From Octopus bimaculoides (lineage: Eukaryota): 64,000 bases of DNA. Positions 26,322-39,528 of this stretch are shown here, in pieces (position 1 is the stretch's first letter; every line of letters starts with the position of its first letter). Position numbers and translations under genes: made by a program. Location of the stretch: assembly GCF_001194135.2 (NCBI RefSeq), contig NC_068984.1, positions 30,872,678-30,936,677 of the forward strand, written 5' to 3'. The notes below the pieces were generated by a model that had not been told where the DNA came from, did not search any database, and was given only the letters and a program-made list of their open reading frames with translations.

Positions 26322-26390
<69 letters not shown>
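26220..26390. repeat. Compound trinucleotide microsatellite (CAC/CGC/CGT/CAT)n
   Basis: Seen directly; it produces the poly-H/R/D/M pseudo-ORFs in the track. Confidence 0.95.
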
Positions 26391-26391
<1 letters not shown>

Positions 26392-26777
26392 TTTTGGTTA
26401 CATCTTTGGAGTCTAAATGTGTCACTGTCTCGGCTTCAACATGTATTTCATGATTAAATCTTGATTTTAGAATGCATTACCTTGAAATATAACATGTTGT
26501 ACTGATCAAGAGGCCGAGAGAAGCAACTTTGCTTTTAATATTTGTATCATTCTGAAAACTTTAGAAAACATAAATATACATAACCTGTTGTTCTTTTGAT
26601 GCAGTCCAGTCAGGTGTTCCAGGTGCTAGCATTAATACTGGTGCTGAAACTACAATATTGTATCGTACCTGAGATTGCTTGGGATGGGAGATACTGATGA
26701 ATTGCATGATTTGTAAGTAATTCCCTAACAACTCCTAAGATTTTGCTCTCTTCATATTATCATAGTTGTTTATTCCT

Positions 26778-28272
26778 TATTGTTGTTGTTATTATTATTA
26801 TTATTAATATTATTATTATTATTGTTTTACTTCTCAGAAACGTTAGCATGCCGGGCGAAATGCTTATCCTTATTTCGTCTGCCGTTACGTTCTGAGTTCA
26901 AATTCCGCCAAGGTCGACTTTGCCTTTCATCCATTTGGGGTCAATAAATTAAGTACTAGTTATACACTGGGGTCGATGTAATCGACTTAATCCCTTTGTC
27001 TGTCCTTGTTTGTCCCCTCTATGTTTAGACCCTTGTGGGCAATAAAGAAATAAGAACGTTTGGTCTTGTTTGTTCTAGTAGATTCTGTGAGAGTGGACAG
27101 TAGCCTGCTGTCAGAGGTCTCACAGGGTCTCTTTCCGCACATTATAAGCTTAAATACTTGGTTGCTAATTATCGTGGGAGGCATTCAACATCCAAGTACC
27201 AATCTCAAAATTCTAGAAGTCTCCAGCAGAGCAGTTTTTCGGGCTTGCTCTGCTTTCATGTGAATTCCAATTTCTTTGACATAGTTCTTGAACTTGTTTG
27301 TTAGTGCTCCAAGTGCCCCTACAACTACTGGAATGACAGGCACTCTCCTCATAGTCCACATTCTTGCAATTTCATCTTTTAGCAGTCTGTACTTTTCAAT
27401 TTAAAAAAAATTCTTTGTCACCTGTGCGTGCATCTGCAGGTATTGCAATATCTATGATCTTGGTTTCCTTTTTTCCTTCATCTAATACAACAATATCTGG
27501 TTTCCGAGCCTCAATTAGGGAGTCAAATTGGATTGTAAAATACCACAGTATATTATGCTCCTTGTTCTTGGTGACTCCTTCTGGTTCATGTTCATACAAT
27601 TTCTGTGCTCTATGCAGGCTGTACTTTCCACATAGCCTCCGGTGGATGAACTTAGCCATGTTATCATGCCTCTTTTTGTAATGCTTTTGGGCCAGCTTGC
27701 TACGCTCACTCACAATATGTGAGATTATTTCGTTTCTGCTGTCACACATCCTACGAAGGGGCAATTCACTATTCTTGTATATTTGGAACTTGGTGTAATT
27801 AGTTGTCAAGAGATGTTCCTTGGTGCTGCCTCAGTGCATCCTTTCGCATCACTTTTTCTTAGCCATCTCCAAGTGTTGATCTTGTCTTTTCCTTCGATTT
27901 CTCTGAAGTATTGCCTATGCAATGATTTCATTTTCCAATTGCTTACACTTTCTTCTTTATCTTGTTTCTTAAAAGTTTGTAGGTGCATTGCACTTTCAGT
28001 AGGTATTATATTGTTAATTCTAACAGCGGCAAGCAAGGGTTCACTCTGCTGTTTTATGTACCATCCCTGACTGTTCTTCTCATTGACAATGCAGATCTTG
28101 CATCTTATGAGACCTCTTCCACCCCAGTTTCTAGGCACACACAGTCTGTCAGTATCACTCTTTGGGTGTATTTACTAGTTAATTGTCATCACTTTTCAAG
28201 TTTTCCTGTTCATTTCCTCAAGCTTGTTCTTTGTCCTCTAGTTTTCCTGTCCATTCCTCAAGCTCGTTCTTA

Positions 28273-28277
<5 letters not shown>
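26778..28277 (-). mobile_element. 5'-truncated R4/Dong-clade LINE (family A) with RLE domain and (TAA)n tail, interrupted by a SINE
   Basis: MPRNWGGRGL...SLHRQYFREI...WRWLRKSD, then RMC..RNEIISHIVS...YKKRHDNMAKFIH (zinc knuckle), then ARKPDIVVLD..KETKIIDIAIP..EKY (PD-D-K RLE), then VIPVVVGALG..KTALLETSRILRLVLGC* (~27187). The (TTA)n run at 26778-26824 is the probable tail. Confidence 0.85.
26845..27058 (+). mobile_element. CORE-type tRNA SINE, slightly 5'-truncated, inserted near the 3' end of the Dong-like element
   Basis: agcatgccgggcgaaatgc...gagttcaaattccgccaaggtcgactttgcctttcatcc...ggggtcgatgtaatcgac...aaagaaataag; aacgtt occurs at both ends (possible TSD). Confidence 0.85.
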
Positions 28278-28340
<63 letters not shown>

Positions 28341-29204
28341 GTTCAGTAGTTTTATTTTTATAACGTGCTTTCACTTCACTACCGAGCGCAGCTCTGTGCG
28401 CCTTGGGTATGTGCTGTGGTTTGCTGTGGTGCTTTTATGTTTACTGTATTGAAAGTGTTTTGCGTAGAATGTGTGCAGTACCCAGTAGTGCAATTTTCTG
28501 TATGTTACATATATTTGTAAGTCCTGGTGTTTTTGTTATGTATTTGTCTGAGTATTTTNNNNNNNNNNNNNNNNNNNNNNNNNNNNNNNNNNNNNNNNNN
28601 NNNNNNNNNNNNNNNNNNNNNNNNNNNNNNNNNNNNNNNNNNNNNNNNNNNNNNNNNNNNNNNNNNNNNNNNNNNNNNNNNNNNNNNNNNNNNNNNNNNN
28701 NNNNNNNNNNNNNNNNNNNNNNNNNNNNNNNNNNNNNNNNNNNNNNNNNNNNNNNNNNNNNNNNNNNNNNNNNCGTTTTCTGTGACCTTTTCTGGCGTGT
28801 GTTTATACCATCTTTTTTCTGTTGTTATTCCATAGTGTTGGCATAGCTTCCAATACTGGGCTAAACTAAATGCGAAAGAAATAGACAGAGAAAAATCCCA
28901 GCAATGGCTGAGAAGCTCAGGATTCAAAGCAGAGACTGAAGGATTTTTAATTGCTGCACAAGACCAGAGCCTCCCCACCAGAAATTACCAAAAACACATA
29001 ATGAAAAGAAATATAACAAGTAACTGTAGAATATGTGGAGATGGACAAGAAACAATAAATCATATTATCTCTGGCTGCCCAGTCCTGGCTAAGAAGGAAT
29101 ATATTCACAGACACGACAGAGCTGGGACCTATATACACTGGAAGTTATTATTATTATTATTATCATCATTATTATTATTATAATTATTATTCTTATTATT
29201 ATTA
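28278..29204 (-). mobile_element. R4/Dong-clade LINE (family B), 5'-truncated and 5'-inverted, flanked by (TTA)n
   Basis: Minus segment 28343-28852 carries the 3' UTR, the ORF end and WKLCQHYGITTEKRWYKHTPEKVTEN. Plus segment 28853-29144 carries YWAKLNAKE...EGFLIAAQDQSLPTRNY...CRICG...ETINHIISGCPVLAKKEYIHRHDRAGTYIHWK. (TTA)n at 28278-28341 and 29145-29204. Confidence 0.85.
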
Positions 29205-29295
29205 TTCAGCAGTCTTATTTTTATCACATGCTTTCACTGCACTACTGAGTGCAGCTCTGTGTGCCTTGGTTATGTATTGTGGTTTGTTGTAATCT
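29205..29295 (-). mobile_element. Older short 3' end of a family-B Dong-like element
   Basis: cagcagtcttatttttatcacatgctttcactgcactactgagtgcagctctgtgtgccttggttatgt aligns with 28344-28420. Confidence 0.6.
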
Positions 29296-30509
29296 TTTTT
29301 TTTTTCTTCTAGTGGTTTTGAATGCCATCCTGATATTTTCATCATGAGAAACCTTCTCATGGCATTATTCTTATGCTGTATGTTTTCTGACATTACTTTA
29401 ATATAAATTAGACTGTAGCAGCTTTGATGATTAGCATATCCAAGACGGTGAGATTTTCCTTTCCACTGGTGAAATGTGTTGAAAATTTTATTGGGTTCGT
29501 AAGGTCCAGTAGTAATTGTGAACCTTCCTAGTGAGTCAATGTGTGGTTGTATCATGAATATACCTCAGTCTCATAGTTCACATAAGTTGTATTTTCTTAA
29601 AGCCATTGCTTAAATGCATATGTTTGTCATGACTTGGGAGAAATGATGAATCTTTAGCTAAACCTTCTGCCAAAATATTCAATAAAGATATCAGTTTCAT
29701 TCCTTTTCTATGTTGCAGGCAAACTTTTAGTTTATGCTGTTCTCTTCAAGATATCTGCTAAATTTTGTTTCAGACTGAATACACCGACATACAGACAGAC
29801 ATTGATTGTTAATAACTATCAAGCAGTAATTTCATGTGATCAAAATATATTCACATTTAACATGAAAGTAATTAGTTTTGTAGTAAATCTCTACTGACAC
29901 ATAGCCAACCATTTGCATGACATACCAACAAACTGAACTCATGCACCACAAATTTAATTTTCAAGCGAATACATTGAGGTAAGTTTGCTATGTCAAAAGA
30001 CATAGCCAGTTGCTGGTAGCAACACCAGCAGCTGTTTCAAGAAGCTGACAGTCATAGCAGCAATACCAGTATCCATTCTATATACAACAGCATATCTCAG
30101 TATCAGCTGTGTAACAAATTTAGAGAATGTAACCTTTGCAGTTTACATTTTTTACTGTTTCACACCTTCAAATGCTGTTGGATGAATACAGCAGTACAGA
30201 ATTGTTTCATTGAGAATAATATCGCATTGCTCTCCTGCTTGTCTTCATTGAAAGTACCTGGTAGCAGAATTATAACATTGTGTATATATAAACTTTATGT
30301 ACATAATTACTGCAGATTAACTTGCATGTGGGCATGCACACATGCACATACATGTATACATACACACCCATACACATACATACATTCTCACATTCACACA
30401 CATGTGTCTGCATGCACACACAGACACACACACACATACACCACATAGATAGACAGACACACACATGCACACACACACAATAAATTAATATGTGCATGGT
30501 GAACAGCAA

Positions 30510-31010
30510 GAATCAAAATGATGACTTACATATTCATTCTTTACTTGTTTTGGCAGATTTGAGCATAGATACACTAATTACTATTGTATTTCATCAATGG
30601 GGTACAACTTCCCCTTTCACATAAATGTATATTCACCACAGGCTTAATTCATTAGTGTAAGGTATGTTTGGGACACCAGTATTTTGATATCATTGTGTCT
30701 CTTCAGCCAAAGCCACTCAGGACTAACGAATCTGAAAACAGTTTATGGCTCTTATTTATAACTTCAGCATACGCCATATTTGCTGATGAGTGCTATATAC
30801 CACCCAATAATAAATCCTCTCATGCATGATCAATAGAGAGAATCAAATGATGACTTACAGACTCATTCTTAATTCATTTTGGCAAATTCAAACATGAATG
30901 TACTAATCACTATTGTATTTCATTAGCAGAGAACAACTCCTTTCAGATGAATGTGTTCATAACTCACATTCTTCATTAATGTAAGGTGACTTTGGGACAC
31001 CCAAATAATT
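30510..31010. repeat. Two diverged tandem copies of a ~175-bp sequence
   Basis: 30510-30690 and 30840-31010 share gaatcaaa(a)tgatgacttaca...actattgtatttcat...tgtaaggt...tttgggacacc. Confidence 0.65.
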
Positions 31011-31926
31011 TGCTTGTTGAAGTTATAAGCAAAATCTACATACTCCTGTTAAATTCATTAATCTGGTGGGTAGCTTTGATTGGTGTCAAAATACTGGCTG
31101 TCCAAAATCACCTTACATGTAAATGTGAATTATTTAATAATATATTTGTTTTGTATTCAGATACTACATAAAGAATACCTATGAAAACAACGTTGATATT
31201 GCTGTTTGACACCTCACAAGGAAGTAATATTGAACATTTATTCAAAATATAAAACTAGTATTTTTGTATGTTTCTATACATGTAGTGAAAACACCTGCTA
31301 GTTTTTCTTAAAATTATTTCTCTCCCTCCTTTCTTTTAGAAATGCAACAAGATAAACAGATGCAGGTACGTATGACCATATTAGCTAGTCTTACCATCCT
31401 TTCTTTAGATGTTAGAGCATAAGTAGATAGCAATCAATTGGCTGTTATTTCTAGCAAGCTGAATTACCACATCTTGACTCATCATTGTGACTCCTGTTTT
31501 GAGCAGTTCTGGTTTCCCTATGTCCATTTAATACAGTTGAGTGTCAGCTAATATAATTTCTACTAAATATTTATATTTACTGCAGGGTTTATTAGCATGC
31601 CTTGTGATGGTTATAAACCTTGATTATACTAGTCAACCTTGTGTTGACTAGTATTTTGCAACTGATGTTTGAAACTGTTTTGGAAGCCTATCACATATGC
31701 ATATTTATTTATTGTTTATTAGCCTTCAGTTTCATCCTTCTGTGACAACATTATAACTGAGCAGTTTAATAAAAAGGGAGATAAAATAATTATCTTACTG
31801 AAATAATTTCTAGAGCTGATTTGATCAGCCTAAGTGCTTGGAGACGGTACCCTAAGCTCATATGACTGCAGTTCAGTGATCAAAGTCAGTTAAACAGTAA
31901 AAGGAAAATAATACAGTTCATACACA

Positions 31927-32475
31927 TCATCATCATCGTTTAACGTCCGCTTTCCATGCTAGTATGGGTTGGACGATTTGACTGAGGACTGGTGAAACCA
32001 GATGGCTACACCAGGCTCCAATCTGATTTGGCATAGTTTCTACAGCTGGATGCCCTTCCTAATGCCAACCACTCCGAGAGTGTAGTAGGTGCTTTTATGT
32101 GTCACCCGCACGAAGGCCAGTCAGGCGATACTGGCAATGGCCACGCTCAAAATGGTGTATTTTACGTGCCACATGCACAGGAGCCAGTTCAGTGGCACTG
32201 GCAACGATCTCGCTCGAATGTCTTTACATATGCCACTGGCACAAGTGCCAGGAAGGTGACGCTGGACACAGGTGCCATCACGATTTTGCTTTCGCTTGCC
32301 CCAACAGGTCTTCGCAAGCCGAGTTTTATGTCCAATGAAGGAGACGACGTTGGCATGTGTGCCAATCGTCGAATTTATTTCGATTTTGATTTCACTTGAC
32401 TCAACAGGTCTTTGCAAGCGGAGTTTAGTGTCCAATGAAGGAAAAGTACGCATAAGTGGGCTGGCTACACTTCTG
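31927..32475 (-). mobile_element. RTE-clade LINE 3' UTR with (GAT)n tail
   Basis: catcatcatcgtttaacgtccgctttccatgctag...ggatgcccttcctaatgccaacc, then ~65-bp units and two ~100-bp aggtctt.gcaagc...tccaatgaagga units. Confidence 0.8.
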
Positions 32476-34149
32476 ACATACATTTATCTTATAACTTTAC
32501 AATGTTGCTTAAAATTCAGCATTCCTGTTTTCATACATACAATTTCTACTGATAATTCAAATGTGGCTGACTTACAAACTTCTTATTGTTGATATCAGTA
32601 AAATGTAACATTTATCATGGTATAATACTTAATTTTTTGAAAACCTAAATATTAAAACAATGCATGATACAGAACATTGAAAATATAATCAGTTTCAGTG
32701 CTCAATCACAATCTGTTATCTATCTTGTCAGTTTAAATCACCTGCTTAATTCTAAAATGGGAAGAAAATAGATGTAGGTAAATATACATAATGTAATAAA
32801 TGACCAGCAGAAAAAAAATTATGAATTAAGATTATACCAGTAATAAAAAGAAAAAGAAATCTGTGGCATTAATGATGTTTTGTTTGAGTCAAGGGAGACA
32901 ACACACAAATTCAAATTTATGGACAACTAAATACAGATCAGCATACGGTAAGAAGTAAATACAGTGGTAACTTTGGATGAGTTTCAGTCTTATTGGACCT
33001 CTTCAGTAAAGCACAGGCTTACATATATTCATTGCATCTATTTTACTGGTCTATTCTTTGAGTGTATGTCTTATAGGTGTGATGCATCTTGTTCCAACAA
33101 ATTTTTCATTTATTCAAATTATTCAATTGGTTTAATAATGTATCTATAACTTTCTATATTGTAATATTTTGATGGGTTTGACAAACTGAAATTTCAAAAA
33201 ATAATTCATGTAATAATGAGATTTAAAAATCTTAATCTAAGCATATACAGTTAAGTATGGTTAGTCATGATTAGATTCATGTTAAAAGTGTTAACACAGT
33301 GGTTCTCACATGAGTACAGTTATAATTGAAAAGATGCTGGATAGGTTGTTGAATTACCATATATGTCATAAAATTGAAATAGTTTTAAACTTTTTAACAT
33401 TTTCTAAATCATAGAAAGAAACAAACCAAAACAGATTTACATGCATATAAATTCTAATTTGTCTTCTCATTAATAAAAACATAATGGTGCAAAAAGTTTG
33501 CTTAAATATTTTAGGGTAGTTGAGGCACCTGACATTAGTCTCTAGGTTAACCAATGTTACCATCATTAAACTCACTGCCAACTTGTTAAATTACTAATCA
33601 TATACTAGATTATATGCAAACATTGACTGCTCAGCATATTAATCTTAGGGGATTATTCTGTCATTTGTTTCCATCATACAGTGTAGGGATGGATAAATTA
33701 AAGAAGAAATCTGTCATGAGGTTAACCAAAGTGTTAGAGTAGCATAAATGACAACTTAAAACTAAAACCTATCACCAATAGCATTTTTGTTACTGTTACA
33801 AACAACTGGAGAATACATTCATGTTAGAATTGTTTAACAGTTATAAGAGGGTTATCAGGATAATACTGCCTTATAACTACGTGGGCTTTATATTTTTATT
33901 GTGTAAAACATATTGAACATTTTCCTAGATTTGTATTAGTCTTGTTAGTTATGCTGGTATTGTTTAACAGCATCTGCCTTTGATAGTTGTACTGGTAGAA
34001 CTGATCTCTTTTATGCTGATAACAATATCAATTATGTTCAGGAGCAGGATAAACACATTAGAGAAAAAATGTGGAAAAGTTACTAAAACTAATATTATTG
34101 ATGTTGATCACTACAACTACAGAAAGAGGGCTGATGCTATCTGTAATTA

Positions 34150-34380
<231 letters not shown>

Positions 34381-34789
34381 AAAATACAAATGTTTTTTAC
34401 AGGAATCTATGAAAATCAGATAATCTATAAAATTGTAAAAATATCAATTAGTGATATCAATAAAGAGATCAAACAAACATTCTGAGAAAAGTCATAAAAC
34501 AACAGGCAAAATGAAATAATGTAAAATAGAATGCAAGAGAAATTAAATCAAGATAACAATAATAAAACAATGTTTAATTGCAGTGTTGCCAGCAACTGAG
34601 AATGTTGAAGATGTAAAGATTTTATTAGAATGGTAAAAGGTGAACTTATATGATTAAATATAAGAAAAAAAAAAAAGTAAATGAAGTTATAAAAACAAAC
34701 AAAAAATGAATGTTCAGGGCGAGAAATAAATGTCTTTTAAAAATCGATGAAAATAAAATCTAGTTTTAGTGATGTGAATTGTGAAAAGA

Positions 34790-34903
34790 CTAATAATAAT
34801 TACGATAATAATAATAATAATATTAATAAAAATAATAATAATAATAGTGATAATGATAATAATAATACCAACAACAACAACAATAGTAGTAGTAGTAGTA
34901 GTA

Positions 34904-34952
<49 letters not shown>
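34790..34952. repeat. (AAT)n/(AGT)n microsatellite
   Basis: Seen directly. Confidence 0.95.
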
Positions 34953-34953
<1 letters not shown>

Positions 34954-35121
34954 TTCAAACCATATGTGTATCTGTTTTAATATTTTATTCATTTAGCTAT
35001 TTGCATTTTACTTTATTTATAGGTGAGCAAATAAAATTTGTCTTGACTATATTTGTGTCTGTCTTAGTTTAAATTGGATTAAGTGTCTGTCTGAATATAA
35101 ATCTGCTTGTATTCCAAACTG

Positions 35122-35170
<49 letters not shown>

Positions 35171-37417
35171 CTATTACTTTTCCTTTATGTTTGAGAATGA
35201 AATGGTTGTCCATTGTCTGTGAACAGCATTGCCATGAAAACAACAAAGCTGGTTTCAGGTTTAGAGTTATGCAGGAATAAATGATAAGGAAAAGTTTTCA
35301 TAGTAAAAATGTTATCAGAAAATAGGATTATGTCTACAGTTTGATAAAAAAAAAAGCAGGTTATGAGCAGAATTATATATGGACATGTTTATATTTACAC
35401 AGCTTCAAATTGAGTTACAACAACAATTTTTTGTAAAACAGGTGTCTGTCTTAGAAACAGGTTAAAAGATGAAATCAAGTCAGCAATGTGGCAATAGAAT
35501 CAGGTTTGAAATTTGCAAGTTGTACAGTTTTAGCTAAGTTACAGACATTTTATTGAGTTATTCTTAATGTGTCTTTGACTCAATTAACTAAATGGCATAA
35601 ACTATGTATTTAAAATAAATATCCATACCTATACATTGTACATCTATATATGTATATGTTATTTCATAAACACTTTTCATATTGGCATTCACAAATGTTT
35701 ACACATATAATGTTTCTGCATCAACACACTATACAGACATGTATTTGCTACGACACATACCTTTCTACTTGTTACAGAACATCAATTCAATTCACACCAA
35801 TCAGATAACAATGGCTTACTTGTCAAGTGCATTACTTGACTGTTCTTCTAAGTGTGTATTCACCCCTCATTTATTATAAAAACAGTTTTTCCCAGGGCTA
35901 ACTTGTTTTATCTTCTGACAGAACATTTAGAAATGGCTTTAATTAAGTTCTGTAATTTACTTCATTCTGTGGTTCACTCTTAATATGTACAACGTCAGCA
36001 TAAAACTCTGTTTTCTCAAACTGTTTATTAGTTTGTAACATTTCTTTTAGAAATATAAGTTATGTGTTACTTTATTATATTCTATTTTCCTTTTACATTT
36101 TTAGTGTGGTGAGTAGATAGAGCCCATAACCTGTTGCAAGGTCCCATGATTGGTGGGAGGAATGGAGTAAGATGTCCTGAAACCAGAATCCTGGCTTGAA
36201 TGCTTCTGATAGTGTGAACTCTTCCAGGTGGTTGAATAAAAGTAGGCATTGGATTAAGTTTATTATCCAAGTCATTCAAGGCAAAATTTAAACTCAGAAA
36301 GCACAGAGTTGGAACAAGTACTGCAAGGCAGCAACTCCAAGATTATTACAGTGCCACTAATTCACTGCTTTGAATTGGTACCTTTGCGTTGACTATAGTA
36401 GGATGAACGATGAAGTTGATCTGAGTAAAATCAGAATGTAATGCACAAAGTCACAAAACCACAAAGCTTTCTCCAATAACTCAGCTAATTTGCAAACTCA
36501 AAATATAACCTCCATTTAATATCTATACATTTTTTTGTGATTGTATATCTTTAGACAGTTTGAGAACTGGACTGTCTCTTCTTTGCATAACATCTAGAAT
36601 TTGTTGTCAAACAGTAATTGGTAAACCTCATAATGTATTTCCTTATGCAATTTTTACTTATGTTATGTAGTAATTCTTCCTACAACCAATAATTACAATC
36701 TTTACAGTTATGGAATATGGTAATTTGAATTGTAAGAAGTTTATGACGAATTTCTAAAAAGGAAATTACTTTCTTCCAAATAGATACTAAAAAAGATGTG
36801 TATCTCCAATGAGATTAAGAAGTAGTACTCCGTTGTACATCTGTTTGGGTTTTACACAGTGTTTTAGTATGGACGCAACAAATTACAATAACTTTGACAA
36901 CTTATTTTTATCAAAAATTCTCAAAATTCTTTTTTATTCTTTTTCATTATGCTTAAAATTTAAAAATAAAATTGAAGCCGTTTAATTTGTGCTGCTAAAC
37001 CTTGTTATTTTTACCTACGAATATTTATGAAACAGCCACTTTATCTAAAATATTCCCTGTGTCCTGCAACTTGCACTTAGACTTTCATGAAGATAGAAAA
37101 AGTGAGTCTCTGCATCAGCTAAATTTTAAGAAATTGTGAACCCTTTTGTTAACATGATATATAGTATCCACAGGTAAGAAGTCTGGTTTAACTATTCTCG
37201 TCACGACAAAAGAATTTCTGTAATTTTTTTGTGATATTTCACCCCATTTTGGAGATGTCTTCACTCTAATAGAGATCAAAAACCACCCAAATACATAAAT
37301 GTTAGTAGCTGAGAGACAAAACATGAATTTGATAACATGATATTGAGTACCTGTCATAGATAATGGAGAACAGATTCCTGATGTGGCAAAATAGGGCTTG
37401 ATTGTGGGCATTTGAAT

Positions 37418-37460
<43 letters not shown>

Positions 37461-39528
37461 AAGTCAGTAACATTTTATATTTTTTAAGAACTTTATACTG
37501 CTGGTATAACATTTTATTCTAATGTATTTTCTGTATGAGATCTGTATCAATATCTCGTGTCATATATAATTTTTCACTCAGTTATAACTTTTATCATTAA
37601 TAACTTTCTACATTCATGACAAAAATACGCCGTTTTCAAAATACTTTAACCTCTACTTAGCAATAAATACTATCTTCAGCTATATTTAAACACTGGTTTT
37701 TCCACCCAACATCTTTCAGCCATCCTGGTTTAATAACTTCTTAAATACTGGCAACCTGACTTTTCCCAACAAATTGTGCTCACCATTTTTAAATTAGTTC
37801 ACATTACATCCTTTTAAAAAATTAATTTGAACCTGATGTGACTGGACTAGTCTTCCATTGCTACCTCTATTGAGTAATATATTTTAAAGTCAGAATGGCT
37901 GATGTATTTTGCTTGGAAACAGTAATTATTTTCTGTTTCAAGACAAAAATATTCATAAATCACAAAGAGTGTGAGCATGGTATGATATGAGATAAACTTC
38001 TGGTAAAACGATGACTGTCATCGTCTGCCATTCATCTTTCATGTTCTACTCCTCTTGCATGCAAAAATTTGAAGAAAAGACAAGAACACCATATCTTTCA
38101 TTCTATCATCTGTTTCAAGTTATTAAGTTACAACAATAAAATGTCACTGATTGGGAAATGTCAGATAATTTATTGGTGGCACTAATGCCTGAGATAAACA
38201 TAAAATAAGATACAAATGAGAGCCCCAGAATTATGATGCTTTCTTCATTGCTAGCTGTAAACATGTGTCACTGTCATCATTCTATTAGCAAATCCATATG
38301 TAATCCACATCATCATCATATAATAATTCTGCTTGTTTCTCCGTTATTTAACCTCTCTGTAATGCTTTCAGGTGATTAGTCAAAGGGGATGGGAGGGAAG
38401 GGGGTGGCGGGGGACAAAGTTGGAGGGGAGGGGAGAAGGGAGCAGAGAGGTCAGGAGGGAGTGGAGGGGAGGTCGAAAGGAGGTGGATGAGAGGTGGACG
38501 AAAGGTGAAGGGACGAAAGGTGGGGAGGTAGTTGTGAGTGAAATGTGTAATTTTTATTTTTTGAACTAAGTATTCTTTTCCTCCATTACTTTGCCCATCT
38601 GTAACGTTGAGGAGAAAGGCGAATAGTGAAAGAAAAAGGAAGAGAAAGAAAAAGGAGAGAGAAAAAGTGGGTAAGGCGAAGAGTGAGAGAGAAAGAGGGA
38701 GAGTGCAGTGTATTAAGTCTATAAACTGTGCATAAAGTATATAAAGTACATTAAGTAATCATCGTATTCCAATTTTCTTCACTTTCCAATGAGTAGCTGA
38801 TGAATGACTATGTTTTAATACTGAAACAACACAGGCAATGTTTTCAGATTTTGGGGATAAAGTTTTCAGAAATAATCCAATAAGTTTACCATTAATTCCA
38901 TGAAATATTCCCTCGTCACACTAATTATCATAATTGAATTAACATCCACTTTTCCATACTGGCATGTGTCAGATAAAATTTCTTGAAACGATTTTTTCAC
39001 CAATAGAGGTTCTTTCTATTGAAGGCCATTGCTGCTTTCCACGCAATTTACTATTTCCGTTAGCGTTTTGAATAATGGCTGAACAATTTTACATGGCAGA
39101 TAGTAAATAAAAGTAACGTTGCACAACTCTTTTACTCCAATGGACTGGCATCCCATCCAGGTGGGGAATATATATGCCATGAAATCTGGAAATCAGCTCT
39201 TATATGTCAGTATGATTCATGAAGATAACTTTATCTTTATCTTTGAATAAGTCAAGCCAATGAGTTTGCTATTTTTTTTTTACTCTTGCTTTCTGTTATT
39301 TTTTCTTTATTTTTGCTTAATTTTTTCCCATTCTTTTGGGTAGTCACCTCTAAAATGTGCTTTAATCTGAAACATGAACCACTTGTGGTTCAGCACTGCT
39401 TCATTTATTCTGTTCCTTTTGCCTTGGTAACTTGTACTAGGGTCTAGTTTTTGGAGATCATTAGGATATACAAGTCCATTTTCGCCATGATAGCTAGCCA
39501 CTACACATTCTTTTTTTCTCTCCTTGTT

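Noticed and set aside
26110-26457. Poly-His/Arg/Asp/Met ORFs
   Set aside because: Translations of a trinucleotide microsatellite; the same applies to the ORFs at 34058-34996, 43110-43837 and 60215-60652.
31340-31365. 26-nt micro-exon candidate (ttcttttag|...cag|gtacgt)
   Set aside because: Good signals but too short to support without transcript data; two frames are open.
38372-38720. G/purine-rich tract with G-quadruplex potential
   Set aside because: Low-complexity GA-rich sequence is common in this genome; nothing indicates a function.
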